Assembly (NCBI GenBank): GCA_944393575.1
Contig: CALYAP010000047.1
Span: 1,058-65,057, forward strand
DNA from: an uncultured Clostridia bacterium
GTDB taxonomy: Bacteria > Bacillota > Dehalobacteriia > UBA4068
Reading direction: 5' to 3'
Length of the DNA: 64,000 nucleotides
Each line of letters opens with the position of its first letter. Within the stretch, counting starts at the first letter, position 1. The position numbers were made by a program, and so were the translations under genes. Under the pieces are notes generated by a model. It saw nothing but the letters and a program-made list of their open reading frames with translations. It did not search any database and was not told the DNA's origin. Positions 46,381-54,832 of this stretch are shown one piece after another.

Positions 46381-47100
46381 GTGAATTATATCTGGAATCC
46401 TTGGCATGGTTGTCATAAATATTCTGAAGGCTGCGCAAACTGCTATGTTTACCGTAGGGATGAAGCTATTGGCAAAGACGCTTCAGTTATTACCAAAAAT
46501 GCCACCTTTGATCTCCCTCTTCGCCGTACGCGTAACGGGGAATACAAAATCCCCTCTGGTTCTACAGTTTACCTGTGCATGACCTCAGATTTTTTTATCG
46601 AAGAGGCTGACCAATGGCGTCCTGAAATTTGGCAGATAGTAAAAATACGCCGCGATCTCAAATTTTCTATCATTACTAAGCGAATCATACGTTTTTATGA
46701 TTGCATACCAGAAGACTGGGGAGCTGGATATCCCAATGTGTCTCTTTGCTGCACTATAGAAAATCAACAACAATGCGATATTCGTTTTCCCCTATTTAAT
46801 GAAATACCGGCAACCAAAAAATTTATTATCTCAGAGCCGCTGTTATCGGATATTGATATGAGTGCCTATCTTAATAAATCGATATCACAAGTGCTGGTTG
46901 GTGGCGAGAGCGGTGCTAACGCTAGAATATGTGACTTTAACTGGGTACTGCATATCCGGGAACAATGCCTGGATATAGGAGTGCCATTCTATTTTAAACA
47001 AACCGGTGCCCGGCTGCTAAAAAATGGCCACCTTTATCACATCCCTAGGCGCCTGCAACATATTCAAGCGCAAAAGGCCAAATTAAATACATCAAAATGA
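46381..47100 (+). CDS. Phage Gp37/Gp68-family protein (DUF5131)
   Basis: N-terminal WNPWHGCHKYSEGCANCY three-Cys signature typical of PF07505, and about 240 aa. GTG start. Confidence 0.55.
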   Translation: MNYIWNPWHGCHKYSEGCANCYVYRRDEAIGKDASVITKNATFDLPLRRTRNGEYKIPSGSTVYLCMTSDFFIEEADQWRPEIWQIVKIRRDLKFSIITKRIIRFYDCIPEDWGAGYPNVSLCCTIENQQQCDIRFPLFNEIPATKKFIISEPLLSDIDMSAYLNKSISQVLVGGESGANARICDFNWVLHIREQCLDIGVPFYFKQTGARLLKNGHLYHIPRRLQHIQAQKAKLNTSK

Positions 47101-47109
47101 CCTAAAATA

Positions 47110-47151
47110 TAAAAATGACCCGAGATAATCACATCAACGGGTCATTTTTAT
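47110..47151. terminator. Bidirectional terminator between the DUF5131 gene (+) and spoVT (-)
   Basis: AAAAATGACCCG-loop-CGGGTCATTTTTATTT. Confidence 0.8.
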
Positions 47152-47155
47152 TTAC

Positions 47156-47713
47156 TTATTCCATTTGACGAGAGATGACCAAAGCAGCGCTTTGAGCAAC
47201 TTTGCGCTCGATTTCACCGATATCTTCTTCCTTGCTACAAATCACTATCGCTCCGATAGGATCCCCCTGAGTGATGATGGGTATAACTAATTCACTATGA
47301 AAGAAATGCTTACTCTCGATATTGTCATCATCAATAATACCGCTATCTTCAGTCTTATCCTTATCATAATTAAAAAGCAAAGCCCGTCGTTCCTCCATCG
47401 AGCGTTCCACAAAGCGGCCGATACCTTTGCCTAAAAAATCTTTTTCAGAAATACCGGCAGCAGCTATAACGCTATCACGGTCTAAAATCAACACCGCTTT
47501 ATTGATCGTCTCATTAATAGCGGCTGCATATTCCCTGGCTAAATTTCCCAGCTCACCTATGGGAGAATATTTTTTTAAAATGATTTCACCTTCACGATCA
47601 ACAAATATTTCAAGAGGTTCTCCTTCTCTAATTCTTAGATTACGGCGAATCTCTTTGGGTATTACCACCCTACCTAAATCATCTATTCTGCGCACGATCC
47701 CAGTTGCTTTCAT
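47156..47713 (-). CDS. spoVT: Stage V sporulation protein T (AbrB-type N-terminal DNA-binding domain plus GAF-like domain)
   Basis: MKATGIVRRIDDLGRVVIPKEIRRNLRIREGEPLEIFVD swapped-hairpin AbrB motif, 185 aa. Confidence 0.85.
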   Translation of the reverse strand: MKATGIVRRIDDLGRVVIPKEIRRNLRIREGEPLEIFVDREGEIILKKYSPIGELGNLAREYAAAINETINKAVLILDRDSVIAAAGISEKDFLGKGIGRFVERSMEERRALLFNYDKDKTEDSGIIDDDNIESKHFFHSELVIPIITQGDPIGAIVICSKEEDIGEIERKVAQSAALVISRQME

Positions 47714-47880
47714 TTATTTACCTCCATCGGCAAATTATTCTGTCTGATTTATTGTTTGCCTAAAAACGAAGATTATACAAAAAATGTAAAGTAAAAGTTG
47801 ATCTGCGATAATAAAAATAGCCCAAAGATTGCCTAATGCTTGATAAAAAGATAAATCCGGAGGAAACTAAACCATAAAAC

Positions 47881-47909
47881 TTGCAATAATAATCCTTACA
47901 ATATATAAT
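47881..47909 (+). promoter_or_regulatory. Candidate sigma-A promoter for gatCAB
   Basis: TTGCAA - 17 nt - TATAAT, 45 nt upstream of gatC. Confidence 0.55.
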
Positions 47910-47954
47910 TAATTAGCTATATTTGGTTATTATTTTACTGAAGAAGGTGAAAAG

Positions 47955-48254
47955 ATGAGCAATAATGATTCCCTAATTAGCAGCGGTGATGTAGAATACG
48001 TGGCTAAACTAGCTCACCTACATCTAGACGAAACAGAAAAAAAAGATATGGAGACTAAATTGGGCTCCATCTTGGGTTATATGCAACAATTACAGCAAAT
48101 AGATACTACCGGAGTAGAAGCAACTACCCATGTGCTACCATTAGCAAATGTATTCCGTGAGGACATCGTAGGCGAGACTCTCGATACAGAAAAAGCTCTT
48201 GCTCAGGCTCCAGAGCGCGATGGAAATTATTACAAGGTTCCCAAAATTCTATAA
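47955..48254 (+). CDS. gatC: Asp/Glu-tRNA(Asn/Gln) amidotransferase subunit C
   Basis: 99 aa. VEYVAKLAHLHLDETE motif. Confidence 0.9.
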   Translation: MSNNDSLISSGDVEYVAKLAHLHLDETEKKDMETKLGSILGYMQQLQQIDTTGVEATTHVLPLANVFREDIVGETLDTEKALAQAPERDGNYYKVPKIL

Positions 48255-48300
48255 ATAACTCATGCTAAAATATCAAAGAAAATAATGACGAGGTAAAAAT

Positions 48301-49755
48301 ATGACGATTACCGATATGTCGCTAAAAGATATGGCGATAGGCTTAGAAGAAAAACAATTTTCTTCCCAGGAAGCTACCCAAGAACATCTCGAGCGAATAG
48401 AAAAGCTCAATCCTCAACTAGGTGCATATATAAGCGTCACCGCCAAAGAAGCTTTGGCAGCTGCCGAAGCCTCTGATAAACGGCGAGCAAATAAAGAGAG
48501 CAAGGGCCCTCTGGATGGCATTCCCATGGCTCTTAAAGATATCATTTCTACTAATGGCATAGCCACTACATGTGCCTCTCGTATGTTAGAAAATTATACT
48601 CCACCTTACAATTCTACCTGCTGGCAACATCTTGAAGATGCCGGAGCTGTTTTGCTTGGCAAATTGAATATGGATGAATTCGCTATGGGCAGCTCCACTG
48701 AAACCAGCTATTTTGGTGTTTGCCATAATCCATTTGACCTTGACTATGTTCCAGGAGGCAGTTCCGGAGGTTCTGCTGTAGCTGTTGCTGCAGATATGGC
48801 AGCTTATACCCTAGGCACAGATACTGGTGGCAGTATTCGCCAGCCAGCCCATTTTTGTGGTGTAGTGGGCATCAAACCTACTTATGGCCGAGTATCACGC
48901 TTTGGTGTCATTCCCTATGCTTCTTCACTGGATCAGGTGGGTGTTTTGGCTAAAACCTGTGCCGATGCAGGCACCGTCCTTGGTGCAATTTCTGGCAAAG
49001 ACAAGATGGATTCTACCAGTGCCCCGGAACCAATCCCAGACTATGCCGCGGCTTGTACTAAAGGGGTTAAGGGATTACGTATCGGAATCGCCAAAGAATT
49101 TTGTGCGGCAGGTATTGAAGACGCTATTTTAGCAGAACTCAAGAGAGCAGTAGAAATACTTGAACGGGAAGGTGCAGTAGTTGAGGATATCTCGCTGCCG
49201 CACACTGAATATGCCCTTCCTGCCTATTATGTTTTAGCCTCTGCTGAGGCTAGCTCAAACTTAGCCCGATATGATGGCGTGCGTTATGGCCTGCGTATAC
49301 CAGCTGATAATCTGCATGATATGATGATAGCCACTCGCTCTGCTGGTTTTGGACCAGAAGTGAAACGCCGCATCATGCTTGGGACCTACGCTTTATCCTC
49401 AGGCTATTATGATGCTTATTACAACAAAACTTTGCAAGTACGAACTTTGATTAAACAGGACTATGACCAGATCTTTGCTTCTGGCTTTGATTGCATTTTG
49501 ACTCCTCCTGCACCTTCAGCAGCTTTCCGTATTGGTGAAAACACCGATGATCCGCTGACCATGTATATGCAGGATGTCTGCACCGTTCCGGTTAATCTGG
49601 CTGGTTTACCGGCAATGGTTGTTCCTATGGGGCTAAATGCAGAAGGCCTACCCATCGGCATACAGCTGATCGGGGCTCCTTTCGGGGAGGAAAAATTGTT
49701 TGCTGCTGGTGCGGCGATCGAAGGTCCGAGAATCATTCCGCCATTGGATATCTAA
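48301..49755 (+). CDS. gatA: Asp/Glu-tRNA(Asn/Gln) amidotransferase subunit A (amidase signature)
   Basis: Amidase signature GGSSGGSAVAVAA and a Ser-cisSer-Lys triad region. Confidence 0.95.
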   Translation: MTITDMSLKDMAIGLEEKQFSSQEATQEHLERIEKLNPQLGAYISVTAKEALAAAEASDKRRANKESKGPLDGIPMALKDIISTNGIATTCASRMLENYTPPYNSTCWQHLEDAGAVLLGKLNMDEFAMGSSTETSYFGVCHNPFDLDYVPGGSSGGSAVAVAADMAAYTLGTDTGGSIRQPAHFCGVVGIKPTYGRVSRFGVIPYASSLDQVGVLAKTCADAGTVLGAISGKDKMDSTSAPEPIPDYAAACTKGVKGLRIGIAKEFCAAGIEDAILAELKRAVEILEREGAVVEDISLPHTEYALPAYYVLASAEASSNLARYDGVRYGLRIPADNLHDMMIATRSAGFGPEVKRRIMLGTYALSSGYYDAYYNKTLQVRTLIKQDYDQIFASGFDCILTPPAPSAAFRIGENTDDPLTMYMQDVCTVPVNLAGLPAMVVPMGLNAEGLPIGIQLIGAPFGEEKLFAAGAAIEGPRIIPPLDI

Positions 49756-49821
49756 AATCAATTCTTCTATCCAGAACAGCTGCGTAATAAAATCTATGCT
49801 AAACCAAATGGAGAAAACATT

Positions 49822-51267
49822 ATGAGTCAGTATTTAACAACAATCGGTCTAGAATTTCATGCTGAATTAAAAACTAAAACCAAAATTTTCTGCTCTTGCC
49901 CCACTGACTTTGCTGGTGATGCTAATACTCATATCTGTCCAGTTTGTCTTGGCCTGCCCGGAGTATTGCCTGTCTTAAACCGTCACGCTGTAGAGCTGGC
50001 AGCTAAAGCAGGAATGGCATTAAATTGCGAAGTTAGTAAATTCAGCAAGTTTGACCGTAAAAACTATTTCTACCCAGATCTGCCTAAGGGCTATCAGGTT
50101 ACTCAGTATCCCCTGCCCATCTGCCGCAATGGCTGGCTGATGGTTAAAGATGAAGATGGCAATGATAAAAAAATTCGCATTAACCGCATTCATATGGAAG
50201 AAGATGCGGGTAAGTTAGTTCACTCAGGCAGTAATATATCGGATAGCTCTTATTCCCTGCCAGACTATAATAGGGCTGCAGTTCCGCTAATTGAGATTGT
50301 CACCGAACCTGATATGAGCAGCGCAGAGGAAGCCAAAAATTTTGGCGAAACACTGCGGCTGATGTTGGCTTATGCTGATATTTCCGATGTCAAAATGGAG
50401 CAAGGTTCGCTGCGTTGTGATGTCAATATCTCTATTCGCCCGCAAGGTCAAGACGAATTAGGCGTCAAAGTGGAAATCAAAAACTTGAATAGCTTCCGCG
50501 CGGTATACAGGGCTATTGTCTACGAGGAAATGCGGCAAAAAAGCCTTATTGATAATGGTATACCCATTGTACAGGAAACACGGTTATGGGATGATGCTGC
50601 CGGCGAGACTCGGCCGATGCGCAGCAAAGAAGATGCTCACGACTATCGTTACTTTCCTGAACCTGATCTGCCTCCAATCATTATTGACGATCAATGGATG
50701 GCGGAAATCGCCGCCTCGATGCCAGAGATGCCTGACGCTAAGCGTAAACGCCTAACAGAGGAACTAGGGCTCTCGGATTATGATGCAGGACAACTAATTG
50801 CTAATCCACCGTTGGCTCATTTCTTTGACGCCCTCTATGCTGAATACCCAGAAGCCAAAATTGCTGCTAACTGGATCTTGGGTGATATAGCCAAACTGAT
50901 GAATTCCACAGAGAAGGAATATAATGTAGTGCCGCTATCCGCAAGCGAATTGGCTTTTCTGCTTAAAGAAATAAAAAAAGGGTCTATTAATAATAATAGC
51001 GCTAAAACAGTCCTAGAAGAAATGTTTGATAGCGATAAAAAAGCAGCAGATATTATTGCAGAGCACGGCTTCTCACAAATATCTGATACCTCAGTTTTGG
51101 ATAGCGCTGTAGCCAAAATCATTGAAGCTAACCCCAAGCCAGTAGCCGATTATAAAGCTGGTAAACAAGCTGCGATTGGTTTCCTGGTTGGTCAAGTCAT
51201 GAAAGAGACTAAAGGACAGGCCAATCCGGGAATGGTAAAAGAGCTTTTGGAAAAAGCCTTAAACTAA
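49822..51267 (+). CDS. gatB: Asp/Glu-tRNA(Asn/Gln) amidotransferase subunit B
   Basis: IGLEFHAEL N-terminus and a C-terminal YqeY-like GatB_Yqey domain. Confidence 0.95.
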   Translation: MSQYLTTIGLEFHAELKTKTKIFCSCPTDFAGDANTHICPVCLGLPGVLPVLNRHAVELAAKAGMALNCEVSKFSKFDRKNYFYPDLPKGYQVTQYPLPICRNGWLMVKDEDGNDKKIRINRIHMEEDAGKLVHSGSNISDSSYSLPDYNRAAVPLIEIVTEPDMSSAEEAKNFGETLRLMLAYADISDVKMEQGSLRCDVNISIRPQGQDELGVKVEIKNLNSFRAVYRAIVYEEMRQKSLIDNGIPIVQETRLWDDAAGETRPMRSKEDAHDYRYFPEPDLPPIIIDDQWMAEIAASMPEMPDAKRKRLTEELGLSDYDAGQLIANPPLAHFFDALYAEYPEAKIAANWILGDIAKLMNSTEKEYNVVPLSASELAFLLKEIKKGSINNNSAKTVLEEMFDSDKKAADIIAEHGFSQISDTSVLDSAVAKIIEANPKPVADYKAGKQAAIGFLVGQVMKETKGQANPGMVKELLEKALN

Positions 51268-51291
51268 ACTCTTAATTTTATCAGTATTAGA

Positions 51292-51322
51292 AGCAACGGC
51301 AAGTTCGCCGTTGCTTTTTTTA
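51292..51322 (+). terminator. Rho-independent terminator after gatB
   Basis: AGCAACGGC-aagttc-GCCGTTGCT followed by TTTTTTT. Confidence 0.85.
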
Positions 51323-51376
51323 TTTAAATTCTCTCACCTATGACTACCGAAGTGATAACTTGTCAAGAAAGAATTT

Positions 51377-51424
51377 GCCGCACCGTTTTTAGTTAACACC
51401 ATATTATGATAAAAAACGGCGCGG
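51377..51424 (+). promoter_or_regulatory. Long stem-loop overlapping the ZIP transporter SD region
   Basis: GCCGCACCGTTTTT ... AAAAAACGGCGCGG, a 13-bp stem with one mismatch. Its 3' arm runs into the GGAGGAG SD of the ZIP gene. Confidence 0.3.
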
Positions 51425-51432
51425 AGGAGTAT

Positions 51433-52248
51433 ATGATTGATTGGTTCATCGGGCTTAGCCACCCTATTCAAGCCATGATTGCCACACTCTTTACCTGGAG
51501 TATCACTGCTATTGGCGCAGGACTGGTTTTCTGCTTCAAAAAGATGAATAAAAATGTCTTAGATGCTATGCTGGGTTTCGCCGCCGGGGTAATGATTGCC
51601 GCATCCTTTTGGTCATTACTGAGCCCATCTATTGAAATGGCTACCAATTTAGGGATGAATGCCTGGCTAGTAGCTTTTATCGGTCTCTTTGGTGGAGGGT
51701 TATTATTATTCTCTGGCGATAGATTTTTTTCCCGATTGGAAAAAAGAGCGACAAAAGCATCTAATAACAATACGCCCAAAGGTAATGTTAAAAGATGCTG
51801 GATGCTCATATTCTCTATAACTCTGCACAATATACCGGAAGGTCTTGCTGTCGGCGTGGCTTTCGGATCCATTGCCTATGGTATTGAAGGTGCTACGCTT
51901 ACCTCTGCCTGTATGTTAGCATTAGGAATAGGATTGCAAAACTTCCCTGAAGGAACAGCAGTTAGCGTACCATTACGTAGGGAAGGATTTTCCCGCCGGA
52001 AATCCTTTTTCTATGGGCAATTAAGCGGAGTAGTGGAACCTATAGCTGGAGTAATAGGTGCGCTAATAGCATTGCAGGCTAGAATGTTACTGCCATTTTT
52101 ATTAGCATTTGCAGCAGGTGCCATGATTTATGTAGTTGTTGCCGAGCTTATTCCAGAAAGCCAAACTAATGAAAAAAAAGATATCATGGCCTTATTTACC
52201 CTTGTTGGGTTTTCGATCATGATGATTTTAGATGTAGCTTTGGGATAA
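51433..52248 (+). CDS. zupT: ZIP-family metal (zinc) transporter, ZupT-like
   Basis: Eight TM helices and an HNxPEG motif (LHNIPEGLAVG). Start set at MIDWFIG behind GGAGGAG. Confidence 0.8.
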   Translation: MIDWFIGLSHPIQAMIATLFTWSITAIGAGLVFCFKKMNKNVLDAMLGFAAGVMIAASFWSLLSPSIEMATNLGMNAWLVAFIGLFGGGLLLFSGDRFFSRLEKRATKASNNNTPKGNVKRCWMLIFSITLHNIPEGLAVGVAFGSIAYGIEGATLTSACMLALGIGLQNFPEGTAVSVPLRREGFSRRKSFFYGQLSGVVEPIAGVIGALIALQARMLLPFLLAFAAGAMIYVVVAELIPESQTNEKKDIMALFTLVGFSIMMILDVALG

Positions 52249-52361
52249 CTCTAATTCAATCAAACAGCTAATCTTTGTTTTCCAGGAGGTTATTAAGGTT
52301 AGACGCATAATATCAGCGATTTTATCAATACTATTTCCAAACTAAAAATCGAGGTGATATT

Positions 52362-52817
52362 ATGTTTAACCAAAAAGAAATGAGCTTGCTGCAGGATCTC
52401 AAAAAATCAGAGCAATTATGCATTGAAAAATATACCCAATATGCAGATAAAGCCTGCTCCACAGAGCTAAAAAATCTTTTTAATGAAATTAAGAGTAAAG
52501 AACAGCAGCATTTACAAACTATCGAGCAAATTATTAATGGTGCTGTCCCGGCAATGAATGCCAGTCAGGGGAATTCCTCACAGCCATGTACAGCAACAGT
52601 AAATTATAATAACGACCAGCAAGGTTATCAAAACGACAGCTATCTTTGTTCAGATGCCTTGGCTACGGAAAAACATGTTAGCTCAGACTACAATACTTCC
52701 ATCTTTGAATTTAAAGATCCGGCGGTAAGAAATGCCCTTAATCATATCCAAAAAGAAGAGCAAGAACATGGGGAGCTAATTTACAACTATATGGCCAGCA
52801 ATGGCATGTATAATTAA
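52362..52817 (+). CDS. CotF-like (Coat_F domain) spore-coat protein
   Basis: Duplicated helical Coat_F-like halves (LLQDLKKSEQLCIEKYTQYADKA... and ...ALNHIQKEEQEHGELIYNYM). 151 aa. Confidence 0.65.
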   Translation: MFNQKEMSLLQDLKKSEQLCIEKYTQYADKACSTELKNLFNEIKSKEQQHLQTIEQIINGAVPAMNASQGNSSQPCTATVNYNNDQQGYQNDSYLCSDALATEKHVSSDYNTSIFEFKDPAVRNALNHIQKEEQEHGELIYNYMASNGMYN

Positions 52818-52842
52818 TAATATCTGACTACCATAACAAGCT

Positions 52843-52877
52843 TAGGCGGCGTTTAAATACGCCGCCTATTTATTTAT
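52843..52877. terminator. Bidirectional terminator between the cotF-like gene (+) and the thioredoxin-domain gene (-)
   Basis: TAGGCGGCGT-ttaaat-ACGCCGCCTA flanked by A/T tracts. Confidence 0.85.
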
Positions 52878-52896
52878 AAATAGTTTTTTGAAATTT

Positions 52897-54684
52897 TTAG
52901 TAGCTATGATTGCCGTATCTTTCTAATAAGGCTAATAAAGCAAAGCCATGATTGACTGGGTATTGACTGATTCGTGGCAACATAAAAGCTATCTGCTGTT
53001 CAGCAGCTTCTTGCCATAGCTTATCTCCAGTGCAGTGAGCGAGGCGAATCAATAATAAAGCAGCCGCTGAATTGCCAGATGGCATAGCGCCGTCATAGAT
53101 CTCTTTAGGACGCATGATCAGCGGCTTGGTATCATCGGCGGATAAATAAAATCCGCCATTTTCATAGTCAATAAACCGCTCTAACATTATCTGAGCTAAG
53201 GATGTTGCCCTGAGTAAATATTTTTTATCATTAGTAGACTGGTACAAAGTCAATAGTGCCAAGCAGTATAAAGCATAATCATCTAAAAGGCCGCTATGGG
53301 CAGCCTGGTTGTCACGCCACCGGATAAATAACCGACCGTCAGGAGAACTCAAGTTATGCTCAATAAACTGTTGAGCGGCCTGAGCAGTATTAAGATAGCG
53401 GGAGTCATGAAGAATATCTCCTGCCTGAGACATAGTTGATATCATTAAAGCATTCCAGGATGTCAATATCTTATCATCTTTATGCAAAGCAGCTCTGGAT
53501 AATCGGTAGGCATAAAGATGATCACGCATGGCAATAATCTCTGGTGATATTTTCTCGTACTCAGGATTATTAAGCAAATTAGCAATATTTGCCCCCTCAA
53601 AATTCCCTTCCGGAGTAATGCCATAAAAATCGCAAAAGACTTTACCTTGATCTTTGCCTAAAACAGACAAAACTTCTTCATAGGAAAAGGCATAAAATTT
53701 CCCCTCTATTCCTTCGCTGTCAGCATCCTGACTACAATAAAAGCCGCCAGCTGAATCTGTCATTTCGCGAAGGATATAATCCAGTACCCGCTTGGCAATC
53801 TCCCCATAGATGGTTTTCTTGGTATAGCGAAAGGCCGCTAAATATGCTTGTGCTAACAGTGCATTATCATAAAGCATTTTCTCAAAATGCGGTATCAACC
53901 ATTTTCTATCAGTGGAATAACGTGCAAAACCACCGCCAATATGATCAAATATCCCGCCACGATACATACTGATTAAAGTGTGTTCAACGATATTTAGAAT
54001 ATCCTGGGCATGATAATCTTCAGCATATTGGAGTAAAAAAAGCAAGTTATGCGCTGCTGGAAATTTAGGAGCACGGCCAAAGCCTCCCCATGTTGTATCG
54101 AAGCTCTGCTTGAACTGATGCACAGCAAGACTAATAACTTCATGAGGCTCAATAGTCATTGCCGATGGTTTTGATTTTTCCTGTTTAAGCAAAAAATTAG
54201 TTATATCATCACTAGCAGCTAATAAAGCCTGCTGCTCATTCTGCCATTTATCAGCAATCTGGGCTAGGAGCTCTATCATGCCCATCATTCCATGAGAAGC
54301 GGACTTAGGTATATAAGTTGCTGCAAAAAAAGGTTTCTGCTCTGGAGTCATAATAATAGTAAGCGGCCAACCGCCTGATCCGGTTAATGCCTGACAAGCA
54401 CGCATATATATCGCATCGATATCAGGTCGCTCTTCCCTATCAACTTTAATAGAGATGAACCATTGATTAAGCAAATCTGCCACTTGCTGGTCTGCAAAAG
54501 ATTCTCGTGCCATCACATGGCACCAATGACAGGTGGAATAGCCAATGCTAAGAAAAATGGGCTTATTTTCGCGTTTAGCTTTAGCAAAGGCTTCTTCACA
54601 CCATGGCCACCAATCAACTGGATTAGAGACATGTTGCAGCAAATACGGAGATTTTTCTTGATTTAATCTATTAGTATTAGACAT
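52897..54684 (-). CDS. Thioredoxin-domain protein of the DUF255/YyaL family (thioredoxin-like N-domain plus six-hairpin glycosidase-like domain)
   Basis: [17 protein letters not shown]...[16 protein letters not shown]-terminus. Start set at MSNTNRL behind AAGGTGA. Confidence 0.8.
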   Translation of the reverse strand: MSNTNRLNQEKSPYLLQHVSNPVDWWPWCEEAFAKAKRENKPIFLSIGYSTCHWCHVMARESFADQQVADLLNQWFISIKVDREERPDIDAIYMRACQALTGSGGWPLTIIMTPEQKPFFAATYIPKSASHGMMGMIELLAQIADKWQNEQQALLAASDDITNFLLKQEKSKPSAMTIEPHEVISLAVHQFKQSFDTTWGGFGRAPKFPAAHNLLFLLQYAEDYHAQDILNIVEHTLISMYRGGIFDHIGGGFARYSTDRKWLIPHFEKMLYDNALLAQAYLAAFRYTKKTIYGEIAKRVLDYILREMTDSAGGFYCSQDADSEGIEGKFYAFSYEEVLSVLGKDQGKVFCDFYGITPEGNFEGANIANLLNNPEYEKISPEIIAMRDHLYAYRLSRAALHKDDKILTSWNALMISTMSQAGDILHDSRYLNTAQAAQQFIEHNLSSPDGRLFIRWRDNQAAHSGLLDDYALYCLALLTLYQSTNDKKYLLRATSLAQIMLERFIDYENGGFYLSADDTKPLIMRPKEIYDGAMPSGNSAAALLLIRLAHCTGDKLWQEAAEQQIAFMLPRISQYPVNHGFALLALLERYGNHSY

Positions 54685-54771
54685 TAGCGCATTCACCTTG
54701 TGTACTAAATTTGTAATATTAGTATTTGTTCTATTGGCTAATTATATTTATTAAGTATATGCTGACTATAC

Positions 54772-54802
54772 AAGAAAACGGCGCTGATACGCCGTTTTCT
54801 TA
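54772..54802. terminator. Terminator downstream of the SLH-protein gene (bidirectional shape)
   Basis: GAAAACGGCG-ctgata-CGCCGTTTTC. Confidence 0.8.
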
Positions 54803-54832
54803 TGATGAAAATATTTTTAAAACCCTATGTTG

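Noticed and set aside
51406-51432. Upstream AUG (MIKNGAEEY) as the ZIP transporter start
   Set aside because: It lies in the loop of a long hairpin without an SD. The AUG at 51433 follows GGAGGAG at ideal spacing.
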